A DNA stretch of 64,000 bases from Saprospirales bacterium (GTDB taxonomy: Bacteria; Bacteroidota; Bacteroidia; Chitinophagales; Saprospiraceae), in the NCBI GenBank assembly GCA_007695145.1, contig REEI01000089.1:9084-73083 (forward strand). The letters run 5' to 3'. Below, piece by piece: positions 46,274 through 57,103 of the stretch. The position numbers and the translations under genes are program-made. How positions within the stretch are numbered: the first letter of the stretch is position 1; every line of letters starts with the position of its first letter. Below the pieces are notes generated by a model. It saw only the letters and a program-made list of their open reading frames with translations. It was not told the origin of the DNA and searched no databases.

Positions 46274-48415
46274 ATGAAAAACCTTGTGTACCTGCCAATA
46301 CTTTTGGCCTTCGGAATTTTTCTGCAATCATGTAGTGAAGAGCAGCCACAAATCACTTTTGAGATTATTGAACTTGAGTACCCTGAAACCAAAATGGTCG
46401 ATGTATCAGACGATTATCACGGGCATGTCATTCAGGATCCTTTCAGGTGGCTGGAGATTGATACAGCAGCGGCAGTCAAAGATTGGGTTAATAGGCAAAA
46501 CGAGCTTACTTTTGACTACCTGGAAAATCTTCCCTTTCGTTCAGACATAAGTGAAAGACTGGCTGAACTCATGGATTATCCTCGATATTCAGCCCCGAGA
46601 AAGGTGGGTGACTTTTACTTCTTCCATAAAAATGACGGACTTCAAAATCAAGCTGTCATCTATCGCAAAAAAGGCATCGATGGAGAACCAGTAGTCTTTA
46701 TCGATCCCAATGAATTATCTGCTGAGGGCCTGGTTTCTATCCGGCTTTTAGGCTCTTCACCTGACTACCGGTACATTGCATATGCCAGGCAGGAAGCGGG
46801 TTCTGACTGGGTGACTATTGGAGTTTATGAGGTGGAGTCGGGAGAAAAACTAGAAGACCGTTTAGAGTGGGTGAAGTTTAGCGGTGCGAGCTGGGATGAC
46901 AACGGGTTTTACTACAGCAGGTATCCCGAACCTGAACCTGGAATGGAATTATCAGCCAACAATCAATACCACTCTGTTTATTATCATCGTTTGGGCACTG
47001 ATCAATCAGAAGATATTTTAATCCACGAAGACAGAGATCGACCTTTTATGTATCACTTCACCTACCTTACTGACGATCGTGAATTTGTAATTATGCATGC
47101 AGCACCCGGAACGGATGGATACGCAACCTACTACAAGCGAAATTCCCCGGATGATCGCCAATTTAAACCCCTATTTGAGGGCTACAGTAACAAAAGTTCA
47201 GTTGTGGACCATGTGGATGGGAGATTTCTGGTGTTGACTGATATAGATGCTGATAATTACCGTCTAATTTCAGTAGATCCGGATAATAACCTACCTGACC
47301 AATGGATAGACATCATTTCCGAAAGAGATATTTTACTTCGTTCCGTCTCTACAGGTGGTGGATACCTTTTTGCCAGTTATTTGGAAAATGCAATGTCCCG
47401 AATTGTACAACTGGGTTACGATGGAACACAAATCCGTGATATTGACCTACCGGGTACAGGAAGTGCGGGTGGATTCTCAGGAACTTCAAACCAGGAGTTG
47501 CTCTTTTATTCCTTTAGCTCATTCCTCTATCCCTCTACTGTATTTTCTTTTGACCCGTCGACCGGAGAATCAGAGCCCTTTTTTGAAAGCGAACTAAGAT
47601 TCAATCCCGAAGACTTTACAGAAAAGCAAGTGTTTTATCGCAGCAAAGATGGAACCCAAGTTCCAATGTTTATAGTCCACAGGAATGATGTTGAATTAAA
47701 TGGAGACAATCCTACCATGCTATACGCCTATGGTGGCTTCAACATAAGTCTCACACCCTCTTTTTCTGCTTCGAACCTGATTCTTCTCGAGAATGGTGGC
47801 ATCTATGCTATGGCAAACATTAGGGGTGGTGGAGAATTTGGAGCGGAATGGCATAGGGCTGGCATGCTTGAAAACAAGCAAAATGTATTTGATGATTTTA
47901 TCGCTGCTGCAGAGTATTTAATAGAGGAGGGCTATACCTCTGAAGATAAACTGGGTATCATTGGCGGGTCCAATGGAGGGCTACTGGTGGCTGCCTGCAA
48001 GGTTCAAAGACCAGATTTATTTTCAGTTGTAATTCCGAGAGTAGGAGTTTTGGATATGCTTAGATACCACATATTTACTGTTGGAAAAGGCTGGATACCG
48101 GAATACGGATCTGCTGATAATCCCGAACATTTTGATTTTTTAATTGAGTATTCTCCTCTTCACAATTTGGAAGAGGGAATGGAATATCCCGCTACCTTAA
48201 TCATGACAGCTGATCATGATGATCGCGTTGTCCCGGCTCATTCCTATAAATTTGCAGCAGAACTTCAAAGAGTGCAGGGAGGAACCGATCCTGTTCTCAT
48301 CAGAATAGATACTGATGCTGGTCACGGTGCAGGAAAACCAGTTTCCAAAATCATAGAGGAACAAACTGATATATGGTCGTTCTTTTTCTACAATACGCAA
48401 TCCATGATTCAATAG
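46274..48415 (+). CDS. Prolyl oligopeptidase (S9A) with lipoprotein-type leader
   Basis: Leader MKNLVYLPILLAFGIFLQSC. It has the N-terminal DPFRWLE motif, a propeller, nucleophile GGSNGGLL, and the DDRV and GHG regions. Confidence 0.92.
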   Translation: MKNLVYLPILLAFGIFLQSCSEEQPQITFEIIELEYPETKMVDVSDDYHGHVIQDPFRWLEIDTAAAVKDWVNRQNELTFDYLENLPFRSDISERLAELMDYPRYSAPRKVGDFYFFHKNDGLQNQAVIYRKKGIDGEPVVFIDPNELSAEGLVSIRLLGSSPDYRYIAYARQEAGSDWVTIGVYEVESGEKLEDRLEWVKFSGASWDDNGFYYSRYPEPEPGMELSANNQYHSVYYHRLGTDQSEDILIHEDRDRPFMYHFTYLTDDREFVIMHAAPGTDGYATYYKRNSPDDRQFKPLFEGYSNKSSVVDHVDGRFLVLTDIDADNYRLISVDPDNNLPDQWIDIISERDILLRSVSTGGGYLFASYLENAMSRIVQLGYDGTQIRDIDLPGTGSAGGFSGTSNQELLFYSFSSFLYPSTVFSFDPSTGESEPFFESELRFNPEDFTEKQVFYRSKDGTQVPMFIVHRNDVELNGDNPTMLYAYGGFNISLTPSFSASNLILLENGGIYAMANIRGGGEFGAEWHRAGMLENKQNVFDDFIAAAEYLIEEGYTSEDKLGIIGGSNGGLLVAACKVQRPDLFSVVIPRVGVLDMLRYHIFTVGKGWIPEYGSADNPEHFDFLIEYSPLHNLEEGMEYPATLIMTADHDDRVVPAHSYKFAAELQRVQGGTDPVLIRIDTDAGHGAGKPVSKIIEEQTDIWSFFFYNTQSMIQ

Positions 48416-48482
48416 CACAAAAACGAAAGGGAGGCAGTTCTACTATAAAATTGATACAATCACCTTACCTAATGGATACCCC

Positions 48483-48515
48483 AAAAAAAAGGGCAGCCTA
48501 AGCTGCCCTTTTTTT
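48483..48515. terminator. Bidirectional Rho-independent terminator between convergent prolyl oligopeptidase and mdh
   Basis: A8, then GGGCAGC-CTAA-GCTGCCC, then T7. It is symmetric, so it gives a hairpin plus U-tract on either strand. Confidence 0.85.
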
Positions 48516-48640
48516 CTTAATCATTACTCAAATTATCTTTGAAAAAATCTGAGATACTCAATATAACTTAAGAACCATCGACATCAACAATTGTTGTCCA
48601 CGGATAATTTTTAACATCATGCACCACAAATAGCCCCCAA

Positions 48641-49573
48641 TTAAACTTTCATGTTTTTGTAAACATCAATCACTTCTCTAACATGGCTTGCGGAGGTATT
48701 CAATAGTTCCTTTTCACCCTCATTCAAATCAAGCTCTAAGATTTCAACGATTCCTGCCTTCCCCAACTTCACGGGTACTCCTATAAAGATGTCGTCAAGA
48801 CCGTATTGCCCAGTCAGCCTAGCGCAACATGGGAAGATGCGATTTTCGTCCCTGACAATGGTTTCAACCATTTGGGCTGCCGCAGCTCCAGGGGCATACC
48901 AGGCAGAAGTCCCCATTAGTTTAACCAGCTCACCACCACCCTTTTTAGTGCGATCGATAATAGCGTCAAGGGTTTTGAGGTCGATGAGCTCAGTGACAGG
49001 AATTCCGGCTACTGTAGTGTATCTTGGCAGAGGAACCATGGTGTCACCATGACCTCCCATTAGCACTGCCTGAATATCCTTGGGGGAAACATTGAGTGCA
49101 GTAGCAAGAAAAGCCCTGTATCTTGCCGTATCAAGAATGCCCGCCATCCCAAATACCCTGCTGGAGTCAATACCTGCAGCTTCATAGGCAGCATAGGTCA
49201 TAACATCCAATGGATTTGAAACCACAATAATAATGGGGTTATCAGAATACTTGAGAATATTCGCCGTAACGGTATTAACGATTCCGGCATTGGTGGAGAT
49301 CAAGTCGTCTCTGGACATACCGGGTTTACGAGGAATCCCTGCAGTAATTACCACTATGTCTGAATCGGCAGTAAGAGCGTAGTCATCGGTGCCAATACAA
49401 TAAGAGCTGTAATGATTGATAGGGGCCTGTTGCCAGGTATCCAGTGCTTTCCCTCTCGCGAGATCACCCTTTATATCCAATAAAACGACTTCTTTTACAA
49501 CATCCCCCATGGAGAGGACATTTGCTACCGTAGCACCAACATTACCGGCGCCAACTACTGTTATTTTACTCAT
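48641..49573 (-). CDS. mdh: Malate dehydrogenase (LDH-like type)
   Basis: MSKITVVGAGNVGAT Rossmann motif, the ITAGIPRKPGMSRDDL substrate loop with Arg, and GGHGD. The ATG at 49573 is preferred. Confidence 0.93.
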   Translation of the reverse strand: MSKITVVGAGNVGATVANVLSMGDVVKEVVLLDIKGDLARGKALDTWQQAPINHYSSYCIGTDDYALTADSDIVVITAGIPRKPGMSRDDLISTNAGIVNTVTANILKYSDNPIIIVVSNPLDVMTYAAYEAAGIDSSRVFGMAGILDTARYRAFLATALNVSPKDIQAVLMGGHGDTMVPLPRYTTVAGIPVTELIDLKTLDAIIDRTKKGGGELVKLMGTSAWYAPGAAAAQMVETIVRDENRIFPCCARLTGQYGLDDIFIGVPVKLGKAGIVEILELDLNEGEKELLNTSASHVREVIDVYKNMKV

Positions 49574-49717
49574 CTTTAAAATTTTTTTTGAGGTGCAAAT
49601 GTACGGAAGATCAGGAAAAAAGGCCACACTTTGACACGCCCATTTTCAGAAAAAAGGAACTACTTTTTAAAAAAAATTGTATTTATGTTAATTTTACGCC
49701 CTAAGAAAAGAAAGTCG

Positions 49718-51283
49718 ATGAATAAAGTAAACCTTACCGCCGTAATCTCCGCAATTATTTTATTGTTTTCAGGTCTGCCATTTGAGGCTATTTCTCAAGA
49801 TTTGCACGACCACCATCTCTTTTGTGGTTACGATCACAGCCCTGAAGAATTAAAGCGTTTAGAGCAAAACATAGAGAGAATTAAGCACCTTGCAATTCTC
49901 AGATCTGATGGATCTTATTATGTGCCTATCAAATTTCACTCCATCAACCGAAATGATGGTGGTGGTGGAATCCGGCCCAATGAGGTAGTGCAACAGATGT
50001 GTATTTTAAACAGCAATTTTGCTCCCTATGATATTCAGTTTTTCTTAAAGGATCAGGATATCAACTACATATTCAATAACGCAGCCTTTAACAATCCTAC
50101 TGCTGCTACAGCAATTTTGCTCTCCAATAGGGACAATCGCGCCATGGACGTTTTTTGGGCACAAAACACTACTTCAGGCGGAGGTGGCTTTGGCGTAACC
50201 CTCGGCTACTATACACCAATGCAAGATTGGATTGTAATGAGGAACGACCAAATTAATTCAGGCTTTACATTGTCGCACGAAATCGGTCACTTCTTCAGTC
50301 TTCAGCATACCTTTTTGGGATGGGAGCCTCAACCCTGGGATGAATCAATTCACGGGAATCCTGTAATGCAGGTAACTGCTCCTGACGGCATCGAAAGAGT
50401 AGAATTAGCCAATGGAAGTAACTGCAGTTTAGCTGCTGACCGAATCTGCGATACACCCCCTGATTACAACTTTGGATTTGGGTGGCAGGCTGGTGGAGGA
50501 TGCGGCCCATTTGACATCGACGTTCGCGACCGAAATAATGACCAGGTGATACCCATGCAAGACAATTATATGGGATATTTCTTCAATTGCGGTTCATACG
50601 AATTTACCCCCACTCAGGCGGATGTCATGAAGGCTGATTTTCTCTCGGAAAGAAGAAATTATTTGAGAAATGGATTTGGAGTACCATCTTCAGGACAAAT
50701 TTCCGAATCCCCCACTCCTATTTATCCGCTAAATGGTGCGAAAAGTGATTATTTTGATGAAGTAGTTCTGCAATGGACTGCTCCTGAAAATGCTACTTAC
50801 TATGTATTGGAAGTTGGTACTTTGCCCAACTTGAATCCAGGAAATCTAATCATCCACGAATTTGTAAGTGACCCGGAGATCGTTCTAACAGGTTTAGAGC
50901 CCGATAGGAATTATTTTTGGAGAGTTCGACCTTTAAACGATCTGAACTATTGCGCTCCAAGATCGTCTGTCTATTCTTTCTCTACCAGTGATATATCGGT
51001 GGATGTAAGTGATTTTGAACCAACTGGTTTTGAAGCAAACATTGTACCAAATCCGGGAAATTCACTAGGAAAGACTAATGTTATAATGACGAATCATTTT
51101 GGCTTTCAAAAAGGTACACTTTCCATATTTTCTATTGATGGTAGGCATATCTCCAGCAGAGAAATTGAAATCCCAGAGGGAAGGAGCAGCTTGAGGCTTC
51201 ATGAATCATTGGTTCCTGGTATGTACTTTGTAAAGATTAACAGTGGTTTTATAGAACAAACCCTGCCCTTAATACTTCATTAA
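49718..51283 (+). CDS. Secreted M43-type (pappalysin/cytophagalysin-like) zinc metalloprotease with FN3-like domain and T9SS C-terminal sorting domain
   Basis: Signal peptide. HEIGHFFSLQHTF matches HExxHxxxxxH. A CDTPPDY block is present. The segment LQWTAPENATYYVLEV is FN3-like. The C-terminal ..GMYFVKINSG..QTLPLILH is T9SS CTD-like. Confidence 0.85.
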   Translation: MNKVNLTAVISAIILLFSGLPFEAISQDLHDHHLFCGYDHSPEELKRLEQNIERIKHLAILRSDGSYYVPIKFHSINRNDGGGGIRPNEVVQQMCILNSNFAPYDIQFFLKDQDINYIFNNAAFNNPTAATAILLSNRDNRAMDVFWAQNTTSGGGGFGVTLGYYTPMQDWIVMRNDQINSGFTLSHEIGHFFSLQHTFLGWEPQPWDESIHGNPVMQVTAPDGIERVELANGSNCSLAADRICDTPPDYNFGFGWQAGGGCGPFDIDVRDRNNDQVIPMQDNYMGYFFNCGSYEFTPTQADVMKADFLSERRNYLRNGFGVPSSGQISESPTPIYPLNGAKSDYFDEVVLQWTAPENATYYVLEVGTLPNLNPGNLIIHEFVSDPEIVLTGLEPDRNYFWRVRPLNDLNYCAPRSSVYSFSTSDISVDVSDFEPTGFEANIVPNPGNSLGKTNVIMTNHFGFQKGTLSIFSIDGRHISSREIEIPEGRSSLRLHESLVPGMYFVKINSGFIEQTLPLILH

Positions 51284-51370
51284 GTTCCTATTTTGCAGAC
51301 TTGCCTTAAGTTTGGGTGATGAACAATCCTATTTTTAGGACTGTTGAGCCTTCAATTCAATCCAAACCAA

Positions 51371-52870
51371 ATGAAATTAACAGCAATTTTTGCATCACTA
51401 GCGATCATTTTTCAGCTCCCATTAACTGCGCAGCAGGATACAGCACCAGACATTCCCTTTTGCGCCACACCGGCCTACAAAGATGAAAGGTTGACCTATT
51501 ATCAGCAGAACCTGGATAGCTACCGCTTTTTAACTGACGATACCCTATTTATCCCCATAAAACTGCACATACTTGGAACCGATGAGGGAATAGGTTACCC
51601 CAATATGCAAAACATTTTGAGAGCATTTTGCATCCTCAACGAAAATTTTGCTCAGGCAAAAATCCAATTTTACATTGCTGGAGACATCAATTACATCAAC
51701 AACACCTCATGGTATGATCATGAGTCTTTTGGCCCAGGCGGACAGATGATCCAACAAAATAACGTGCCCTGGGCACTTAACTCCTATGTCGTAAAAACTG
51801 CAGCTGGCGCTTGTGGCTACTTCTCTCCAAGTGTAGATGGGGTCGTCCTGGCCACCAGTTGTCTGGGCCCTGTAAACCACACATGGGCTCATGAAATTGG
51901 TCATCAATTGACCTTGCCACACACTTTTTTTGGTTGGGAGGGTACCGCGTATAACAATGGAGAACCTGCTCCGGAAAGGATTTGGTTTAGGAACCGATGG
52001 GTTCAAGTTGAGCGGGCGGATGGCAGTAATTGCAGACATGCCGCAGATGGCTTTTGCGACACCCCTGCTGATTATGTTAGCTCCCGTTGGAGCTGTAGTG
52101 CTGCCAATCCCATGGGACCTACCCTGGTTGACCCTATTGGACAAACCTTTCAGGTCGATGGTGCAAACATAATGTCCTATTCATCGGGCTCCTGCAGGGG
52201 GACTTTTTCCCCAGAGCAAATTCAAGCCATGAGGATGAATCTGCTGTTGGACCGAAATCAAATTATCGACTTTGATACAAAATTTGAGCCCGTCCCCTCA
52301 GAGATTGAATTCATCGGTCCCGATCAAAATTCAGAGGTTCAATATGACAACACTACCGTTAGCTGGAAAGCAGTAACCAATGCAACAGAGTACCGGGTGC
52401 AGTTAACCAACCTGCCATTTTTTAACAACTTGGTGCTCAATCAAGTGACAAGCGATACTTTTTTTCAACTCCCACAACTGGAAATAGGAAGAAACTACAG
52501 CTTAAGAATACAAGCTTTATCAAACTATCAACCTTGTAATGAATACTCTGAAACACTTTCCTTTATGGCATCCGACCTTTCGTCTGTATTGTATTCTGGA
52601 GAAGCCGGAGGCAAATTCACTTACGAAAATCCTCTAAGAACGGGAAGAGACCTCAATATTCTTTATAGAAATGGCTCACAATCTACTGATGCAGTTCAAA
52701 TATCCATCTTTGATGTTCGTGGAATGATTGTAGGTAATTTCAACGGGTACGTGCATCCCTCCGACCAGATTCAACTGAATACTTCAGACCTTGCAGCCGG
52801 CATTTATTTATTGAACTTTCAATTTAAAAACAGTAGTCCTCAAACCCGCAAACTAGTTATTTCCAGATAA
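51371..52870 (+). CDS. Paralogous M43-type zinc metalloprotease with FN3-like domain and T9SS C-terminal sorting domain
   Basis: Signal peptide. Contains HEIGHQLTLPHTF, CDTPADY and VSWKAVTNATEYRVQL. The C-terminal ..AGIYLLNFQF....TRKLVISR is CTD-like. It has the same architecture as the upstream gene. Confidence 0.85.
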   Translation: MKLTAIFASLAIIFQLPLTAQQDTAPDIPFCATPAYKDERLTYYQQNLDSYRFLTDDTLFIPIKLHILGTDEGIGYPNMQNILRAFCILNENFAQAKIQFYIAGDINYINNTSWYDHESFGPGGQMIQQNNVPWALNSYVVKTAAGACGYFSPSVDGVVLATSCLGPVNHTWAHEIGHQLTLPHTFFGWEGTAYNNGEPAPERIWFRNRWVQVERADGSNCRHAADGFCDTPADYVSSRWSCSAANPMGPTLVDPIGQTFQVDGANIMSYSSGSCRGTFSPEQIQAMRMNLLLDRNQIIDFDTKFEPVPSEIEFIGPDQNSEVQYDNTTVSWKAVTNATEYRVQLTNLPFFNNLVLNQVTSDTFFQLPQLEIGRNYSLRIQALSNYQPCNEYSETLSFMASDLSSVLYSGEAGGKFTYENPLRTGRDLNILYRNGSQSTDAVQISIFDVRGMIVGNFNGYVHPSDQIQLNTSDLAAGIYLLNFQFKNSSPQTRKLVISR

Positions 52871-53348
52871 GTTCACCTTCAGAAAGGGTTTTTGAATCTA
52901 ACCCACCAGGCTATTCAGGAAAGATAATAAATAGCCACAGCTAACTTCAATCGAGACAATCTTTGCCAATCTTAAAAGTAAAGGTAAAACAGGGCAGTTA
53001 ATGATGGACGAACACCGATTATCGCCCCATGCGAATTAATTTTTTGTTGTATGAATGAATAGCTTTGATTGGTAGGAAAGAATGGTGGGTATTAAATCCC
53101 AAAATCGACAATGGGTGTTCCTTGTTTGTAAATCAAAATTGTCAATAAGTGTCAGGACTGTTGTTATTACTTGAATGGAAGGACAGTTAAAATGTTCTTG
53201 AGGTGTATTCCACATTGATTAAATGCCTAATACGACAATTCTAATGAACTACAAACCGGAATAGTCGCACATTATGTAAATTAACTCAGATTCGGAAACA
53301 AATTCCAGTGAGCACATTCAATTTGAGATCTGCTTTTGGTACCCCTCT

Positions 53349-54398
53349 TTAAAACCTGCTCAATTTTACTGAATCAGGAAGTTCAAGCCCATAGTATATG
53401 TGGCCTGCTAATTTTTCAGCCCAATAAGGGGCCAGAGAAGTCCCTTTTGTACCCAGCCCATTAAAGCAATAAAAGCCAGGATAAGCAGGAATACTGCCAA
53501 TGATGGGATTCCTATCTTTTGTGGCTGGTCTGATACCGGCCACAGCTTTAATGGTTTCAAATTCCATGTGGATGGTTTCCGAGAGCTTCTTAAGGATTAT
53601 TTCCACCCCTTTATCTTCAGCATCACTTCCGGAATACTGCCATTGATTCCACGACCCTACCCAATGGAGGTTTTCTGACGGATAAGGCGCGATAAAAACT
53701 TTTCCCTTGATGATTTTTTTTGGCAATTCCCCTGAAAATTTTCCGATCAGGGCCTGGCCCTTACTAGGTTTGAGTAAACTGCTTTTAAAGACTGGGTTGT
53801 TAGCAAGATCAACTCCCTGACAAAAGACAATTTTCTCAAATTGATGCCCTTTCCACTCAAATCCGGTCTCTCGATTTATCAATTCTTCCATTTTGAAGTC
53901 TCCTTCAATCAATTGATTTTGTTTAGTGAGCTTCTCTCTAAATGCAGTGATCAGAGTCTTGAGGTCAATGGCTAGCGATTCACTGATGACATCACCATAA
54001 ACACAATAAGGATAAACAGCGCTTACAGGTTTAAACCCATTTAAATCTTTGGACAAAAATGCTCTAAAATTAGGATCTTCTCTCTTTTTCAACCATCGGG
54101 CCTTCTGCTCTTCATCGTAGAACAATTTTTCTATGGGCAAAGGGTAAATTAATTTTACCCCTAATTTTTCCTCCAAACGCCCATAGGATTGCAGTGCTTT
54201 TTCTTTAAGTTGAGAAAATTCAGCGGCAACGGTAAACCTACTTCCAGTAATCGGATTCATTATCCCGGCAGCAGCAGCTGTACAAGCTTTCTGATGACCT
54301 CTATCAACAACCCTATAACTGACATCCATCTGGTCCAATTCATGGGCCATCATAGTTCCAGCTATCCCCTGCCCTACTACTAACAATTCGAAGTCCAT
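53349..54398 (-). CDS. FAD-dependent oxidoreductase (DAO/glycine-oxidase-like)
   Basis: N-terminal LLVVGQGIAGTMMA..L dinucleotide-binding motif and a C-terminal GLGTKG block. Length is about 350 aa. Confidence 0.8.
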   Translation of the reverse strand: MDFELLVVGQGIAGTMMAHELDQMDVSYRVVDRGHQKACTAAAAGIMNPITGSRFTVAAEFSQLKEKALQSYGRLEEKLGVKLIYPLPIEKLFYDEEQKARWLKKREDPNFRAFLSKDLNGFKPVSAVYPYCVYGDVISESLAIDLKTLITAFREKLTKQNQLIEGDFKMEELINRETGFEWKGHQFEKIVFCQGVDLANNPVFKSSLLKPSKGQALIGKFSGELPKKIIKGKVFIAPYPSENLHWVGSWNQWQYSGSDAEDKGVEIILKKLSETIHMEFETIKAVAGIRPATKDRNPIIGSIPAYPGFYCFNGLGTKGTSLAPYWAEKLAGHIYYGLELPDSVKLSRF

Positions 54399-54453
54399 AC
54401 AGGAATATTAAACTAAAGGACAAGATTTCAAGCCGGATGGATAAGAAACATAC

Positions 54454-56892
54454 CTAACGAATAATTCCTTCAGGCTGTCCGGGAAAGGCCTCCGGATCTG
54501 CTTCTTTCATCATTAGGTAAATTTCTTCAACTATATCCTCCGCAGATGGTTTGCAGAAGTAATCACCGTCTGAACCATAGGGGGACCTGTTCTCAGTTGC
54601 GCAAATTGTAAGTGGCTTGGAATCCAAATAAAAATAACCTCCCTGCTCCTCCAATACTTTTTGCATCATATATGAGGTGGCACCTCCTGGAACATCCTCA
54701 TCTAAAAATACGACTCTATTCGTTTTCTTCAGGGACTCGACAATATTGTGTTCGAGATCGAATGGAACAAGCGTCTGCACATCAATCAACTCAACTGAAA
54801 TCCCAAGATTTGCAAGCTGTGCTATTGCATCCTCCGCGATGCGAACACAGGAGCCGTAAGTGACCAATGTGACATCACTACCTTCAGACAGCACTTCCGG
54901 CACTCCCAGGGGCACTGTAAATTCAGTGAGATTGGTTGGCATGGGCTCTTTAAGCCTGTATCCATTCAGACATTCAACAATAATTGCAGGATCTACAGAT
55001 CTGAGCATAGTATTGTACATCCCGGCAGCCTGGGTCATATTTCTGGGCATTAGGACATAGATTCCCCTCAGTGCATGGATCATCATACCAATAGGTGAAC
55101 CCGTGTGCCAAATACCCTCAAGACGGTGACCCCTGGTTCTGATTATCAAAGGAGCCATCTGCATACCAAAAGATCGATACCGAAGAGTAGCCGCATCGTC
55201 TGTAAGGGGTGTCAACCCATACATCAAATAATCCAAATATTGAATCTCAGCTATGGGTCTGAGGCCCCTCATAGCCATGCCGAGAGCCTGACCAACAATA
55301 GACCATTCCCTGATACCCACATCAAAAACCCTGTGTTCACCGTACTTTTCCTGCATACCTGCAAGCCCCTGGTTTACATCACCAATTTTGCCAACGTCCT
55401 CACCGAAGGCAAAAAGAGCAGGCTCCCTCATCAAAGCAGTATCAAAAAACTTGTTCAAAATTTCATAACCGTTTACCATTTTCGGCTCTTCCGGAAATTC
55501 CGCGGGAACAATGGGAACCCTAAGAGCCGATTTTTCAGAAGCGCTGTACAAATGGGTTTGATACCTACTCTTGCCTAAATCGCGTTCCTTCAAAATCCAT
55601 TCTCTCAAATTATCAACGGATTGAGAATTCAATCCGGAACACAAGTTCGACATTTTCCTTGCGATTTTCAGCAGTTCATATCTCAGGGGATTAAACAAAG
55701 TAGAGAGCTCTTTTTGCAGTTCAGAAGTTTCAGGGAGTTGATTATGTTCTGCCACAATGCTATTAAATATCTCCAACAACTCTCTCTCTTTGGACTTTAC
55801 AGGCGAAGCGAAGTTCTTCCAGGCCTCTTTCATTGCATTTCTTGTAAATGCCTTGGCTTCCGCACTGATTTCAGCCAGCTTCTCCTCGGTGGCGATACCA
55901 TTTTCCACCATCCATTTGCCCATTCTAACTATACAATCATAATCCTGTTCCCACTGCAAGCGCTCTTTGGACTTATACCTCTCATGAGATCCTGAAGTGG
56001 AGTGCCCCTGAGGCTGGGTACAGTCTTCAACATGGATCAAAGCAGGTCGGTGCAGCTGTCTTGATTTGTCAATTGCCTTCTCATAAACTTCACATAGGGC
56101 TGGATAATCGTATGCTTTCACTTTATAGATATCCATGCCTTCCTCATTACTTTCAGAGGCGAATCCGGACAGCGCCCTGGAAATACTGCCATTAGCAGTT
56201 TGGTACTTTTTTGGAACAGATATGCCGTACCCGTCATCCCAAACACTAACTACCAGCGGAACCCGTTCCACCGTAGCCGCATTCATGACCTCCCAAAATA
56301 TACCCTCTGAAGTAGATGCATCCCCTATGGTACAGAAAACTACCTCATTTCCCTTGTTTGAAAGATGAGATAAATGCCCAAGATCATCACTGTTCCTGTA
56401 TTTTTTTGACGCGCACGCCAGTCCAAAAGCTCTTGCCATTTGGCCTGCAGTAGGTGAAATGTCTGAAGAAACATTGTAGAGTTCGGTGTGATCTAACCAA
56501 TTGTCATTTTCATCAATCATTCTGGTGGCAAAATGGCTGTTCATTTGACGCCCGGCACTGAAAGGGTCATTATCAGGATCAGAATACAATTGCGCAAAAT
56601 AATCCTCCACTTTACACAGTCCGAGAGCAAACATAAAAGTCTGATCTCTATAATACCCGGACCTAAAATCACCTTTCTTAAAAACCTTTGCCATAGCAAT
56701 TTGTGGCACCTCTTTGCCATCACCAAGTATTCCAAACTTTGCCTTACCGGTAAGGACTTCTTTGCGGCCCAACAAACTAGCCTCCCTGCTAATACAACAT
56801 ATCCAATAATCGTAAATTACTTCGTTGATGAAATCACTGTTTTCAACATTTTCAGATACTTTCCAACTATCGAGAAGGGCCGTCATTGTCAT
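54454..56892 (-). CDS. Fused alpha/beta E1 component of a 2-oxoacid (branched-chain-type) dehydrogenase, TPP-dependent
   Basis: The N-half carries the TPP-binding region (..IGDASTSEG..E..N). The C-half is a transketolase-like pyrimidine-binding and C-terminal domain (..FGEDVG..GDVNQ..). It is a single 812-aa ORF. Confidence 0.85.
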   Translation of the reverse strand: MTMTALLDSWKVSENVENSDFINEVIYDYWICCISREASLLGRKEVLTGKAKFGILGDGKEVPQIAMAKVFKKGDFRSGYYRDQTFMFALGLCKVEDYFAQLYSDPDNDPFSAGRQMNSHFATRMIDENDNWLDHTELYNVSSDISPTAGQMARAFGLACASKKYRNSDDLGHLSHLSNKGNEVVFCTIGDASTSEGIFWEVMNAATVERVPLVVSVWDDGYGISVPKKYQTANGSISRALSGFASESNEEGMDIYKVKAYDYPALCEVYEKAIDKSRQLHRPALIHVEDCTQPQGHSTSGSHERYKSKERLQWEQDYDCIVRMGKWMVENGIATEEKLAEISAEAKAFTRNAMKEAWKNFASPVKSKERELLEIFNSIVAEHNQLPETSELQKELSTLFNPLRYELLKIARKMSNLCSGLNSQSVDNLREWILKERDLGKSRYQTHLYSASEKSALRVPIVPAEFPEEPKMVNGYEILNKFFDTALMREPALFAFGEDVGKIGDVNQGLAGMQEKYGEHRVFDVGIREWSIVGQALGMAMRGLRPIAEIQYLDYLMYGLTPLTDDAATLRYRSFGMQMAPLIIRTRGHRLEGIWHTGSPIGMMIHALRGIYVLMPRNMTQAAGMYNTMLRSVDPAIIVECLNGYRLKEPMPTNLTEFTVPLGVPEVLSEGSDVTLVTYGSCVRIAEDAIAQLANLGISVELIDVQTLVPFDLEHNIVESLKKTNRVVFLDEDVPGGATSYMMQKVLEEQGGYFYLDSKPLTICATENRSPYGSDGDYFCKPSAEDIVEEIYLMMKEADPEAFPGQPEGIIR

Positions 56893-57103
56893 AGAAAAGA
56901 GGGTTTATTGATTTGAATTGGAATGCAAAAGTAATAATTTTAACTCAAATTTCCACAATGAAGTTATTCAATATGGAGTTATTTTGTCGATTAGATAAAT
57001 ACTCAACAACCTCAATTAACACTACATTAACAAACAAATGAATCATTTTGAGTGTCTTTTCGTTGTATTGACGTATTTTTGCATATATCACATAATTCAT
57101 AAA

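Noticed and set aside
52871-53348. 478-bp intergenic region
   Set aside because: I scanned it for repeats, hairpins with U-tracts, tRNA-like arms and open frames and found nothing beyond AT-rich spacer.
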